Assembly (NCBI GenBank): GCA_024679065.1
Contig: JAGIQG010000029.1
Span: 34,224,001 to 34,288,000 of the forward strand
DNA length: 64,000 nucleotides
Direction: 5' to 3'
Source: Sphyrna mokarran
Lineage: Eukaryota
Positions 1 to 11,299 of the stretch are shown one piece after another; the first letter of the stretch is position 1; every line of letters starts with the position of its first letter. Made by a program: the position numbers and the translations under genes. Below the pieces are notes generated by a model. That model was not told where the DNA came from. It saw only the letters and a list, made by a program, of their open reading frames with translations, and did no database searches.

Positions 1-189
1 TGTGGCCTCGATGGGCCGAATGGCCCCGAGGAGAGGGCTGTTTGTTGTTACACAGAATCACACTCTTAAACCCTCCCAGAATCGAAAGATTTGACTGGAA
101 AATAGAATCAGTTCATGAATTATTACCGATCATGGAACTGATGATTAATTAATGCCCCTGAACTTTTCCTGAAGAATTAATTCCAGGTC

Positions 190-552
190 TGGCAACGTGG
201 GCTGGGAGCTCCATATAAGGGAGAGGGGCGGGAAGATGATTATACTATTCCCCAGCCCATTCATAAATTAGTCATTTACAGAGCCGAATGATACAGTAGC
301 AGCGGGTTAGAAATGTTCCTCTCCAGGCGAGCTCTTGTGTAATTTTTGAAGGAGGTGGTAGTTAGACTTCCGATCGATGTGTGGTTGAAGTGAATGTCGC
401 CTGGGTGTCTTTAGCCCCCTGTACATGTACCAGGAAGTCGAACCTTTACGTTCTTGGGCTGTTCTTGTGTGAAGGACTCTCTCTCTCTTTACGCTATAGA
501 TGCGAGGACTGTGTTTTTTCCCCTGGAATGGCAATTTAATCTCACACACGGC
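190..552 (+). promoter_or_regulatory. Putative promoter/5'UTR of UBASH3B
   Basis: CpG-retaining region. CArG box CCATATAAGG 211-220, GC box GGGGCGGG 225-232, AP-1-like TTAGTCA 268-274, ETS ACTTCCG 366-372, RUNX TGTGGTT 380-386, ETS CAGGAAGT 431-438. TSS unknown. Confidence 0.55.
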
Positions 553-680
553 ATGGCTACTAAAGAAGAGCTTTACACCAAAGTTATCCCTAGAAAGAAT
601 CGGCAGAACCGACCTGGGACCGTCAAACATGGGTCAACTCTGGAGGTCTTCTTATCAATGGGATTCCCCAAACCCCGGGC
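553..680 (+). CDS. UBASH3B: First coding exon of UBASH3B (STS-1/TULA-2), N-terminus and start of the UBA domain; partial gene
   Basis: Encodes MATKEELYTKVIPRKNRQNRPGTVKHGSTLEVFLSMGFPKPR(A), close to vertebrate UBASH3B MAAREELYSKVTPRRNRQQRPGTIKHGSALDVLLSMGFPRARA as I recall it. Contains the UBA MGF motif. Ends at a phase-2 donor GC|GTAAGT (681-686). Confidence 0.93.
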
Positions 681-1323
681 GTAAGTTGGATGAGTTGCGG
701 TGGATTTATTTCTCTCTCTCTTGCTTCTTTGTTGCAATGGTTTTTGTTACTGTATCTAAATGGCGCTGTGCCGATACTGTTTCCATTTGATGTAACGTTT
801 CTCTGCTACATTGTTGGGAAGGGAGTTGTCACATGGCCTATTTTAAAACAGGGACAAAATAGGGAATAGGCTGAAAACGCCCAGGATCTCGGAGTGGGGG
901 GGACGGAAATGCCAGGGTTAACGTTTTGAGGTCTCACTAAATCCCCCTCCCTCTCCTTCGTATGTGGAATTGAAAAAAAAATCAACTTGAGATTTAAACG
1001 GGGCCCCTTTCCACCACCCTCCCTCTCTCTCTGTCTCACACACACACAATAATAACACTGAAATCTAGGGCCTGCTCTCAGGAAGGTGAGAAATTGTCCC
1101 GGGTTGGTTCTGGAGCTGGATGCAGTGCTTGGTTACGTTGCAATTTCAGTGTGGTTCAGCCAGAGGAAATGGGAGAAATTCCGCTCCCGGGGGCTGTGTA
1201 CAATCTCACCAGCCTGTTAGTTTCACTTGGGGGGGCGGTGGCTGTTTCATCCCCTCTCCCTCCCAGAACGCTACTGGTTTTGCTAACACCAGGATTTCTG
1301 CCCGGGTTTCGGTGAGCTGTGGG

Positions 1324-1422
1324 AAAACACAAATACTGCGGATTCTGGAAATGGGAGCAGGGAATGCTGGAAAAGCTGAGTAGTATCTGTGGAAAGAGAG
1401 AGGGAGAGTTAACGTTTCAGAT
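1324..1422 (-). mobile_element. Short PLE-like repeat fragment
   Basis: Reverse complement of the GAAACGTTAACTCT...CCACAGAT...TTTTCCAGCATT motif also seen at 6690, 24600, 32165 and 52010. Confidence 0.5.
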
Positions 1423-1909
1423 CCACGGCTTGCAGAGAATCTTTCTCCTTTATTCTAATGAGCTGCCTGCATTCGGCCCAGTATGAAGATAATATTGTCC
1501 TGTTTACCAAAAGCATGAATGGAAACCGATTTCTCTCTCTCTGTCCCTCTCCAAACCGCTTTTAAAAAAAATGAATGCGGCAAAAATCCTTCCCCCAGGA
1601 TTTTCTAACCAAAACATTTTGCTTTCTGGCTACTTGACTCTTTTTTAATGATTTAGGGCTTACAGAATAGCACTGACATCTTGCAGTAATACTTCCTATA
1701 ATGTTTAAATAATACTCCTTTAAATTCTGCTTGCAGAATTCTATCTAACCCCCTCCCTGTAGTTTCTGCAGTGCTACTTTTTAGAATTGTCCTCAGAATG
1801 GTAAACTTTTTTTTTTGCTCACTTACAACCCTGATCCAAAATTCTGAGGCAGAGTAAATAAATAATGTTTAAAATCCGCTGACAGCCTGTTCAGTCACCA
1901 TAGCGTTCA

Positions 1910-2150
1910 AACCATTTGGCAAAAGAAGCAGCGAGGAAAATGAAGGAACAACATCGAGTTGTGATCTGGAAGGTGTTGCCTGAAAGGCCAGCGGAAGCAG
2001 ATCCAACAGGAACGCTCAGAAGAGAATTGGATTAATAATTAAAAAGGAAAAAAGAAAATTGTAGAGCAGTGGGATTAATTGGATGGTTCTTTCCGAGTTA
2101 GCACAGGCTCAGTGGGCCAAATGGCCCCCTGCCATCCTGTAAGATTCTAT
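1910..2150 (+). mobile_element. Degraded CR1-type LINE 3' end
   Basis: Tail ...gtgggattaattggatggttctttc...gggccaaatggccc...gattctat, shared with other CR1 ends in the window. Confidence 0.55.
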
Positions 2151-2377
2151 CAAATCACATTCTGCTTCTGTCCTGTGATGTTAGTCCTGTTTGGATTTGC
2201 ATTGTGTTCACATCCAGTTAGTTCTTAGAAAAGCAGCATTAAATGAACTTATCTACCGCACAGACTTGCATTTATATGGCACCCTGCCTGACTTCAGGAG
2301 TTTCATAGCTGTTGAATCATTTTTTAAAAAAGAAAGTGCAGTTACTGTTTTAATAGGAAATAATTTTTGCCTGCTCT

Positions 2378-2669
2378 GGGCAATGGTTAGCGCTGCTCCT
2401 CACAGGGACCCGGGTTCAATTCCAGCCTTGGGTCACTGTCTGTATGGAGTTTGCACATTTTCCCCGTGTCTGTGTGGGTTTCCTCCGGGTGCTCCAGTTT
2501 CCCCTCTCAGTCCAAAGATGTGTGGGTTAGGTGGAGAGGCTGTGCTGAATTGATCCTAGTGTCAGGGAAAAATATGTGGCTTCACAAGAATAGGGCTTGG
2601 TTGGGATTGTAGTTGGTGTAGACTCAATGGGCCAAATGGCCACCTCCTGCAGTGTAGGGATTCTATGAT
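2378..2669 (+). mobile_element. V-SINE (HE1-like) with CR1-type tail
   Basis: tRNA-like head (tggttagc...gggttcaattcc), V-domain (gggtttcctccgggtgctcc), tail gggccaaatggcc...gtagggattctatga. Confidence 0.85.
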
Positions 2670-2936
2670 CAAACCTTCCAGATTTAGTAATCCTGGGGAC
2701 AGCCACCTCTCCATTTTAATGTGTGTGTTTGCTTTATTATTTTGTTCATTGATATATGCTGCCTCTTAACAGAAGGCCTGAAGCTTCATCCCTGAAGCCC
2801 AATGGACTGGGGCTGTATCTTGTTGATTTAGTGCTAAGCTGACTCCTCACTCTCGTTAGCCTCAGTGTAAAGTTTACTGTCCCATACAATGAGCCCCTGA
2901 TCTCAGTTGGATAGACACTGGGAGAAATGGAAGGAA

Positions 2937-3229
2937 TGGCACAGTGGTTAGCACTGCTGCTTCACAGCTCCGGGGTCCTGGGTTCAATTCTGGCCTCCAG
3001 TCTGTGTGGAGTTTGCACAATCTCCCTGTGACTGTGTGGGTTTCCTCTGGGTGTTCTGGTTTCTTCCCACAGTGTAAAGATGTGTGGGTTAGATTTATTG
3101 GCCATGTTGAATTGTCCCTTAGTGTCCCAGGATGTGCAGGTTAGTGGGGTAAATACAGGAATAGAGGATGGGATTGTGCAAACTGGGTGGGCTGAATGGC
3201 CTCCTTCTGCACTGTCGGGATTCCATGAA
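2937..3229 (+). mobile_element. V-SINE (HE1-like) with CR1-type tail
   Basis: Same head, core and tail as the 2378 copy. Confidence 0.85.
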
Positions 3230-3254
3230 TTTTTGATTCAATTATTTTTGTTGA

Positions 3255-4120
3255 GGTTATGGAGAGGGTTGATAAGGGTGATGGGATTGATGTGATATAC
3301 ATAGACTTCCAAATGGCATTTGATAACATGCCACAGAAAAGGCTTGTGAACAAAAGTTGAAGCCTATTGAATAAGAGGGACAGTGACTGTATGTGAATGA
3401 AGGTGGCTGAGCAATAGGAAACTGAGAGCAGTGGTGAAGGTTTGTTTTCCGGACTGGAGGATGTTATATAGTGGTGTTCCCCAGGGACACTATTAAGACT
3501 AGTGCTGTTATTGATCTATATTAATGACATGGGCTTCAGTGTATAAGACACAATTTCAAAATCTGCTGATGACATGAAACTTGGGAGGATATTTATAGAC
3601 TTTAGAGAAGCAGGTAGTCTGGATGACATGTGGCAGATAAAATCTGATGTAGAGAAGTGTGGAGTGATTAAATTTGGGAAAAGAATGTGGAGAGGCATGA
3701 TTTTTAAGGATCTAATTCTAAAAAGAGTGCAGGAGTAGAGGAACACTGTGTTGAAGGTGGCAGCAACCTGAGTTTTATAAATAGAGGCATAGCCGACAAA
3801 AACAAGGTGAAGCTTTTATAAAATCACTTGTTCAGCATAGGTACAACATTGGGAACCACGCCTTAGGGAGGATCTGAGAGAGTGGTTCCAAGGATTGGAG
3901 AAGCTGTGACTGTTTTACTTGAGGAAAAGATGAGGGGGAGATCTCAGAGTGCTGGAGGCAGACTCGATTGTGGCTTTCAAAAATAAAAGGGAAAATTATC
4001 CAAACAGGAAACATTTCAGGTAATGGATAAATTACAGGGGAATGGGACTAGCTGAGTTGCTCTTGCAGAACTGGCATGGATACAATGGACTGAGTGGCCT
4101 CAGTCTGTGCTGTACATTCT
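3255..4120 (+). mobile_element. Degraded CR1 LINE, RT region to 3' end
   Basis: Relics of the DFQ.AFD..PH, SGVPQG, YINDM and SKSADD RT motifs, then a CR1 tail; many stops and deletions. Confidence 0.75.
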
Positions 4121-4227
4121 ATAATAAAGAAAAGGAGTTTGCTTTCCCTCTCACCACCTTGCCAATCTAGGCCATGTTATCAGCACAGGCCGCACTTTTA
4201 TGCTGGCTGTGTCTTCATAAGCCTCCT

Positions 4228-4930
4228 GACTCAGAAGGTTCTGGCTTTAAGTCTCACTCCAGAGACTAGGACCCAAAATCCAGGCTGACACTCTCAGTGC
4301 AGTACTGAAGGAGTGCTACACTGTTCGAGGAGCCAAGTTTCAGATGCAACTTTCACCTGAGGTGCTGTCTACTTCCTTAGGGGAACCTCAAAGCCCCCCT
4401 GTAGCACTAATGGGAAAGAATACTGAAAGGCTTGGATAGACATAGGGAAGATGTTCCCATTAGTGGGAGAGACTAGGAGCCAAGAGCACAGCTTCAGACT
4501 AAAGGGATGATCCTTTACGACTGTGATGAGGAGGAATCTCTTCAGCCAGAAGGTAGAATTCATTGCCCTAGAAGGCTGTGGAAGCTGAGACACTGAGTGT
4601 ATTGATGACAGGGATAGATACCTTCTTGATTGGTAAGGGGATCAAAGTTACGGAGAAGAGGTGGGAGAATGAGATTCAGAAAGTTATCAGTCATGATCAA
4701 ATGGCAGAGTAGACTCGATGAGCTGAATGGCCTAATTCTACTGCTACATCTTATGATATTTATTTTTCAACTGACATCACTTAAAATCAAATGATTTGTT
4801 ATTTTTTCTGGTTTTATTTGTGGGAGCTTGCTGTGTGCAAATTGGCTGCTGTGTTTCCTGCATTATAGCCGTGCCAAAATTCAGTCAGTGGAATGTTCTG
4901 AGGTCGTTCAATGCAGATCAGAAATGGGAA
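4228..4930 (+). mobile_element. DeuSINE-like element (SacSINE1/AmnSINE-type domain) interrupted by a CR1 3' end (~4410-4760)
   Basis: Deu-like cagtactgaaggagtgctacactg ... tgtgggagcttgctgtgtgcaaattggctgc, split by a CR1 tail ending gaatggcctaattctactgctacatcttatg. Confidence 0.7.
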
Positions 4931-6439
4931 ACCTTTTCGATAAGTATGTGTTTTTAATCTTGTTTAACTCACCAGTATTAAAACTCTATCGGAAAGGTTA
5001 AACCAGTGCTTTCCTTCTGTGCTTTTGTTAATGCATCTTTTTAAACTGTTCCTGGTGCTTCTGTCTCCTGCGCTTCATTCGCCCTGACAATCTCCAGTTC
5101 ACAATGCTCATCACCAGGTGACAGACCAAGGTTAAACAAAGAGAAATCTATAACTTTTTTTTGTGAATAAGATGGTTTACATTTCATAGAACCACAGACG
5201 TTCCAGTAACACCACAGATGTATTTTCATGAAAGCATTAATATTCTTTAATACATGCGGCAGCAGCGGTAGAACTTTCTGGCACTCGACTGCAGATTAAT
5301 TGCAGCAAAGAAATGTCAGCTGTATCTGACTCTCTCGGTGTGAATGGCATCAATACTGCGGGCCTGAACCAACCTGATAAATGAACCAGCGCAAAAAATA
5401 ATACCAGTGGTGATTCTGGGAATGACGAGGGAGAACTCCAAATACTGGAATAAAACTGAATATGAAGTCAGTGATAGAAATGGACAGCAGGTTTATCAGC
5501 TCCGTGGAACAATGGGCTGAATGGCCTTCTCTTGTATTTTATATAATTCCATATGATGTTTTTGGATCTTTACTTGAGGGGAATTTGCTCCCTTCCTCCC
5601 TCACCACTCTCCTAAATTTATTTTGTCTAAGTTTACTATCCTCCGCCCAGTTTGAATTCAGATCTGATGTTAATGATATTCATTAGTATTTGAATAAAAA
5701 CAGCAACCAGAAAGGTTAATGCAATGTGAGCTTTTATTCTCTGTGGGGCTGGAGGAAGCTACGCCTCTTGTTGTATCGAACCTTGGTACAGATGGCATTT
5801 GGAGTGCTGGGATCAGTGTCAGGCCATGTCCCTTAGGAAGGCTTTACTGGCCTGGGAATAGCCGCAACAGGTTCACCAGAATGATACCAGGCAAAGGTTT
5901 TAAAACTTTGGCAAAATAACTAGAGGGAAAGTGAGAATAATTTTCACACAGATTTCAAAAGGCAATTGGACACTTGCTTGAAGAGAACTAATTTGTAGAG
6001 GAAAAAGCTGGTGCTTGGGATGAATTGGTTAGTTTAGTCATTTTGCCAGCATAGAAGAGATGATCCAAATTGCCTCCTTCAGTGTTGTGAGATTCTGTGA
6101 TTTCAGTAAAAGGATGAAACTGAAGCCAAGTTGTGTTGGGTAGGCTGGTATTTTTTCTGGTTTTGAAGGTTGAAGTGTAGTTTAATTGCGATGTTTAACA
6201 TGATTGGGTTTGATTAGGAAAGGTGCAGAGAAACTTCCCTGTGAAAGGCAGACTGGGACTTGGGGGACACAATCTTAAGATTAGAGCTAGTCTGTTTGAA
6301 AATGAAATCGGGAAGAAGCTTTTAACATAAAAGTTCTAGAAATTTCCCTCACAAAGTCCCAAGCCTGAGAATGTTGGATCAGTTGACATACTGAGGCAGA
6401 AATTCAACCATTTTTACTTTTATATTTTTATTTTTATTT

Positions 6440-6810
6440 TCCGCTTCTGACATGTCACTTTCCATCTTGTTTCTTTCCCCCTCATCTCACTAGGAGTTAC
6501 ATTCCTGTATCCTGCACCTTTTGTTCTGCTATTTACACATTCTGATTTCTTAATGGATGCCTTTAGCACCATTCTCAGCTTTTATCATCACCATTTACAT
6601 TCCCTTTTGTACTTTTATCTATGCCATTCCTATCAATTACAGCCCCCGAACCACCCCCCCCCTCCCCTCCCCATCCCCTCTCACTCATCCAGACTTGAAA
6701 CTGCCTGTGGCTGTTTTCTCTCTCCACAGTCACTGTCAGACCTACTGAGATTTTCCAGCATTTTCTGTTTTTGATTCGGATTCCAGCATCTGCAGTATAT
6801 TGTTTTTTTG
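6440..6810 (+). mobile_element. PLE-like repeat fragment, longer copy
   Basis: Ends in cagacttgaaac...ctctctccacag...cagacctactgagattttccagcattttctg...gattccagcatctgcagta. Confidence 0.55.
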
Positions 6811-7109
6811 TATCTGAACTTGATCCTTTTTTTTAAATTGGTTATACAGAATACAGAAATTAGTTCTAATTGCTTGGGAGAATGGTTTGGAATAGCAAAA
6901 TGATATGAGGGCATATGGAACAAAGATGGTTATGGTGTTTAATTCAAAGTTCAGTTCTCATTAAGTAGTGAAATAATCTCAAGTAGCTTCAAAGTCTCCT
7001 CCTGTTTTTACATTCCAGTGAGTCCTCTTTCCTTTACTTCTTGCAATCTGCAGCATTGAAAGTCTGGGTTGTTGCCATTGAACCAATCACTGGGATCATT
7101 TATGGATCA

Positions 7110-7400
7110 GGGCGGCGTGGTGATTTAACACTGCTGTCTCTCAGCGCCAAGGACCCAGGTTCGATTCCCAGCTTGGGTCACTGTTTGTGCAGTCTCACGA
7201 CCTCCCTGGGTCTGCATGGGTTTCCTCTGGATGCTCTGGTTTCCTTCCACAGTCTGAAAGACGTGCTGATTAGGTGCATTGGCTGTGCTAAATTCTCTGT
7301 CAGTGTACCTGAACAGGTGCCGGAGTGTGGCGACTAGAGGATTTTCACTGTAACTTCATTGCAGTGTTAACGTAAACCTATTTGTGACAATAGACTAATC
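7110..7400 (+). mobile_element. V-SINE with alternative tail (type 2)
   Basis: V-SINE head and core followed by cagtgtacctgaacagg...gtaacttcattgcagtgttaa...tgtgacaata. Confidence 0.85.
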
Positions 7401-7457
7401 TTTAAGGCTAAAACTTTAAACTTTCTTTTCAACATTTGAGGCTGTTAAAAACTTCAT

Positions 7458-7775
7458 GGACAGCACGATGGCACAGTGGTTAGCGTTATCATCATACAGC
7501 ATCAGGGACCCTGGTTCAATTCTGATCTTGGATGTCTGTGTGGAGTCTGCATGTTCTCCCTGTCTCTGTGTGGGTTTCCTCCGGGTGCTCTGGTTTCCTC
7601 CTACAGTCCGAGGATGTGCGGGTTAGGTGGATTGGCCATGCTACTTTGCCCCTTTAGTATCAGGAATATTAGCAGGGTAAACAGACACAGGGTTAGGGAA
7701 TAGAGCCTGGGTGGAATATTGTCGGTGCAGGATCAATGGGCCGAACAGCCTCCTTTTGCACTTCAGGGATTTTAC
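7458..7775 (+). mobile_element. V-SINE with CR1-type tail
   Basis: Head, core and tail as in the 2378 copy. Confidence 0.85.
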
Positions 7776-8590
7776 GTTCAGTTGGCCAGCCGAACAACAC
7801 TTTACGTATAGTAACTTTGGCCTTCCTGCTCCCTCTAACCGTTTCTTTCTCATGCTGCCTAGTCCCGAGGGACAGAGAATAACAACTTTTATGTTTGTAG
7901 TTGTTGGGGTGTCTGCGCCAATATGTGAAAGCTGCTGCGGAAGTTGTTTAGAGCGAGGGGTACAGTTTTGAAGCAGTACAAAGCAATATGAAGGTGAGGC
8001 AGTCCCTGGATGATGGAAATCCTGTTTCCATCGCTCTGACATCAGCTGTACTTTCCAACAGCAAAACAACAGAATTGAAAATATTTGTTTAATCCAAAAA
8101 AAAGTCAGTTTGGAAATGGACGAGTTTGTGTTGAACAAACTGAAACTTTTATGAAATGAATTGTTGCTCTCAATAATGAGGGCATAGTTGAATAACAAGG
8201 GTTTACAATAAAGAGAATCTATTTTCAGATATATATTGAATGGGCTACCATTTAGAATGCGTTATTTAACAGACAATATATAATACAAATTGTTCCATGG
8301 TAACCTTAGCTTCTAGATAGGAAGTTTCAGCATGTTAAATGGAAGATATTTGGGAAGAATTAGAAAATGCATTTAACTGTCCCAGACTGTCGCTTTACAG
8401 TAGCGGTAAAGCAGAAATTATTTTATACTCTTAAATAAAAAAGGAAATGTGTCATCAAATATCTGCAATTTTGAAGTTTCTAATGTTGTTTTCAGATTTT
8501 CCATGGCTTTGCCCCTTCCTACCTCTAACCTCCAACAACCCCCAAGGATCTCTGCATTGTCCCAGTTTTGGCAACTTGCATATCCCTGAG

Positions 8591-8860
8591 TTAAAGTTTA
8601 TTAATAACAAGTAAGGCTTACATTAATGCTGCAATGTAGTTATTCTGAAAATCCCCTAGTTGCCACATTCCGGCATCTGCTCGGGTACGTTGAGAGAAAA
8701 TTTAGCATGGCCAATGCACCTAACTAGCACCCGGAAGAAATCCACACAGACACGGGGAGAATGTGCAGACTCTGCACAGACAGTAGCTCAAGCTGGGAAT
8801 TGAACCCAGGTCCCTGGCACTGAGAGGCAGCGGTGCTAACCACTGTGCCACATGCTGCCC
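8591..8860 (-). mobile_element. V-SINE with type-2 tail, inserted in an L2-like tail
   Basis: Reverse complement of the 7110-type element. Flanks (8520-8590, 8861-8890) resemble the L2-like 3' end gtgccttcagctgcc. Confidence 0.85.
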
Positions 8861-8910
8861 ATGACTGTGCCTTCAGCTGCCTTGAGATTGTCTGATAACG
8901 CAGGTGTAGA

Positions 8911-9210
8911 ACATGATGGCACAGTGGTTAGCACTGCTGCCTCACAGCACCAGGGACCCAGGTTCAATTCTGGCCTCTGGTCACTGTCTGTGTGGAGTTT
9001 GCATGTTCTCCCTGTGTCTGCGTGGGTTTCCTCTGGGTGCTCTGGTTTCCTCCCACATTCCAAAAATACACGGGTTCAGTTGATTGACCCTAGTATCATG
9101 GGGATTAGCAGGGTAAATGTGTAGGGTTACGGGAATAGGAGCTGGGTGGGATTGTGGTTGGTACAGACTCGATGGGCCAAATGGCCTCCTCCTGCACTGT
9201 AGGGATTCTA
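8911..9210 (+). mobile_element. V-SINE with CR1-type tail
   Basis: Near full-length head, core and tail. Confidence 0.88.
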
Positions 9211-9604
9211 CCTTAGGATATTTTAGTATGTTAAAGGCATTATAAAAATACAAGTTCTTGTTGTGATGAGTAAAGATGCATTCACGTTTGTGTTCAGATA
9301 ATTTGTCCGAATCCGTCATGCTTCTGATGCTGAATATCCATCTAAAATGGTGACCTTCAAAACTGCTGAAAGGCCTGTGCATTTGCAGAATCTCCTGCAC
9401 ATTATCTCAATCTCTTCCTTTTTTCTTCATACTTTGTGTGAGTTACCTCTGATTGTCCAACACCCGTTCCTCGGGAAGGTGGAAGTTTCTGAATTGTGAC
9501 ATTAGCTCGTGTTTCTCAGCAACACTTTTCATTTGTTTAATGTGCAGTAAGTTAATACGTTTGTTACTTTGGCAACATGGACGTTTTGCTGTGTAGCAGT
9601 TTCA

Positions 9605-9762
9605 GATGCTAGCTGTGGCTCGGTCGCATGTTTGCCTCACATGGTGTGCATTGGCCATGCTAAATGCTCCTTCAGTGTAGCTGAAGAGGCGACTCGGGGG
9701 ATTTAACTTTGTTGCAGTGTTAATGTCAGCCTTCTTGTGACATTAATAAATAAAGCTTAAAT
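9605..9762 (+). mobile_element. Internally deleted V-SINE with type-2 tail
   Basis: ttggccatgctaaat...ttgcagtgttaatgtcagccttcttgtgacattaataaataaa. Confidence 0.7.
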
Positions 9763-11299
9763 TTAAAGATTGTGGATTTAAGTTCGATACCAGAAACCCA
9801 GCATAAGATTCAAGTTTAGAATTTGATGCAATTCTGGAAGATTGCTGCAGTTGATGAGATGCAGTTTTATTTTTGGATCTGATGTTTAACCACGATCCTG
9901 TCTGTTTTTTAGAAAAGAATTCCATGTTGTCATTATAAAGGTTTGACCAGATCAACATTGCTGTTTTGCTGTGTGCGAATTGGCTGCCGTTTTGCTTGAA
10001 TTAACATAAATACTAATGTCACGAGTGGCGCTATAGAAATGCAAGTCTTCCTTGTGGACTGTAAAAACAATACGTCAAGTAAATGTTCTGTCGCTGCTTC
10101 AGATGTCACGTGCAGGTCACTGCAGATCTCTTGAAATTTTGTATTCAGAACAAGTAACAACCAACGAGGAAGAGAAATCTAAAAATTAAACACCGAGAAA
10201 GCAGAGAGAGGAACTATTTATTAGCAATGACTAAAGATGTCCACATAGAAGACAAGAGTGAGAGATTGTTGCCCACAAGCAAAACTGAATCTAGTGCTTA
10301 TGTGAATATTTTTACAAATTAAAACGTGTTTGTTTTTAAGGACCACATTATTCAAATTTGCAAGAGGATTTAGAAATAGTTGAAGATTTTGTTTGGGCGA
10401 TGTCTAAGCACAGCTGTAGAAATCTTTCCTGTCTTGTCTGCAAGAGAGATACAAATCATCATTCATTTAAAGAAAATGTTGATGAAATGTATAAATTCAT
10501 GCCACAACTAAAGAATAAAGATTGCAAGCTACAAATCTGGAGCTCTGTCCACAATGTCGCTATTAGCAAAACCTAGAGAAACGTCGTAGGGGTAATTTTA
10601 AAAAAAACTTATTTTTCATTTTCTTTTGAAGGCTTTCATATATTAGTTATTAAATTATTGAAGATGGGATTAGAAGGTTTAACTCATCGTTATGCATCAT
10701 CCATTATGTGACGATGAGTCTGTTTGCTTTTTCAATTTGCTGAGATCACAAACACTCAACTCCAGATGAGGATAAGAACAAAGCCGCTTAATCTCGCCTC
10801 ATCACCAGTATTTACCAGTGTCACGGACGTAGTCCATGTTCTAATTGATGGTGATCAAAGCGTTTTGGTGTGAGGTTACCGTGTTTTCCCACTCATAGTG
10901 ATTTGTCTCTATATAAATGCTTCCAACAGCAGTTTTTTTTTTGTGTGGATTTAAAAATAAACATGATTTGTTTTTTTACATGTTCTGCAGGTTTAACATG
11001 TCTCTCCCACACAAAAAATAGATACGAATGAAGTGGGGAGGAGGAATGCGTATGATTACAAGTAATTATTTCATTCTGTTTTGTAACAGGCCTGTAGTTT
11101 CTTAGATGATTTGATGCTTTAGCTGGAGTGGCAGTCTTGTGAGGCAGAAAATTCTATCTAAGCCATGATGTTTCTTGTAATTGAATTGCAGGGAAGTCAG
11201 CTGTCAGGTGAATCTGAAGCTGTAACAAGTTAAGAGCAGATCTTTCTCCAATTTTATCTTGGCTACACGGTTGCCTTGTAACTGTTTTTATAAAAACAT

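Noticed and set aside
307-630. Antisense 107-aa ORF over exon 1
   Set aside because: Shadow of the GC-rich promoter and exon, with no recognisable homology.
2191-3144. Recurrent peptides such as CLYGVCTFSPCLCGFPPGAPVS and SVWSLHILPVSAWVSSGCSGF
   Set aside because: These are translations of V-SINE cores repeated throughout the window, not a gene family.
7641-8198. 185-aa minus-strand ORF
   Set aside because: No recognisable domain, non-ATG start, and it runs into a SINE tail.
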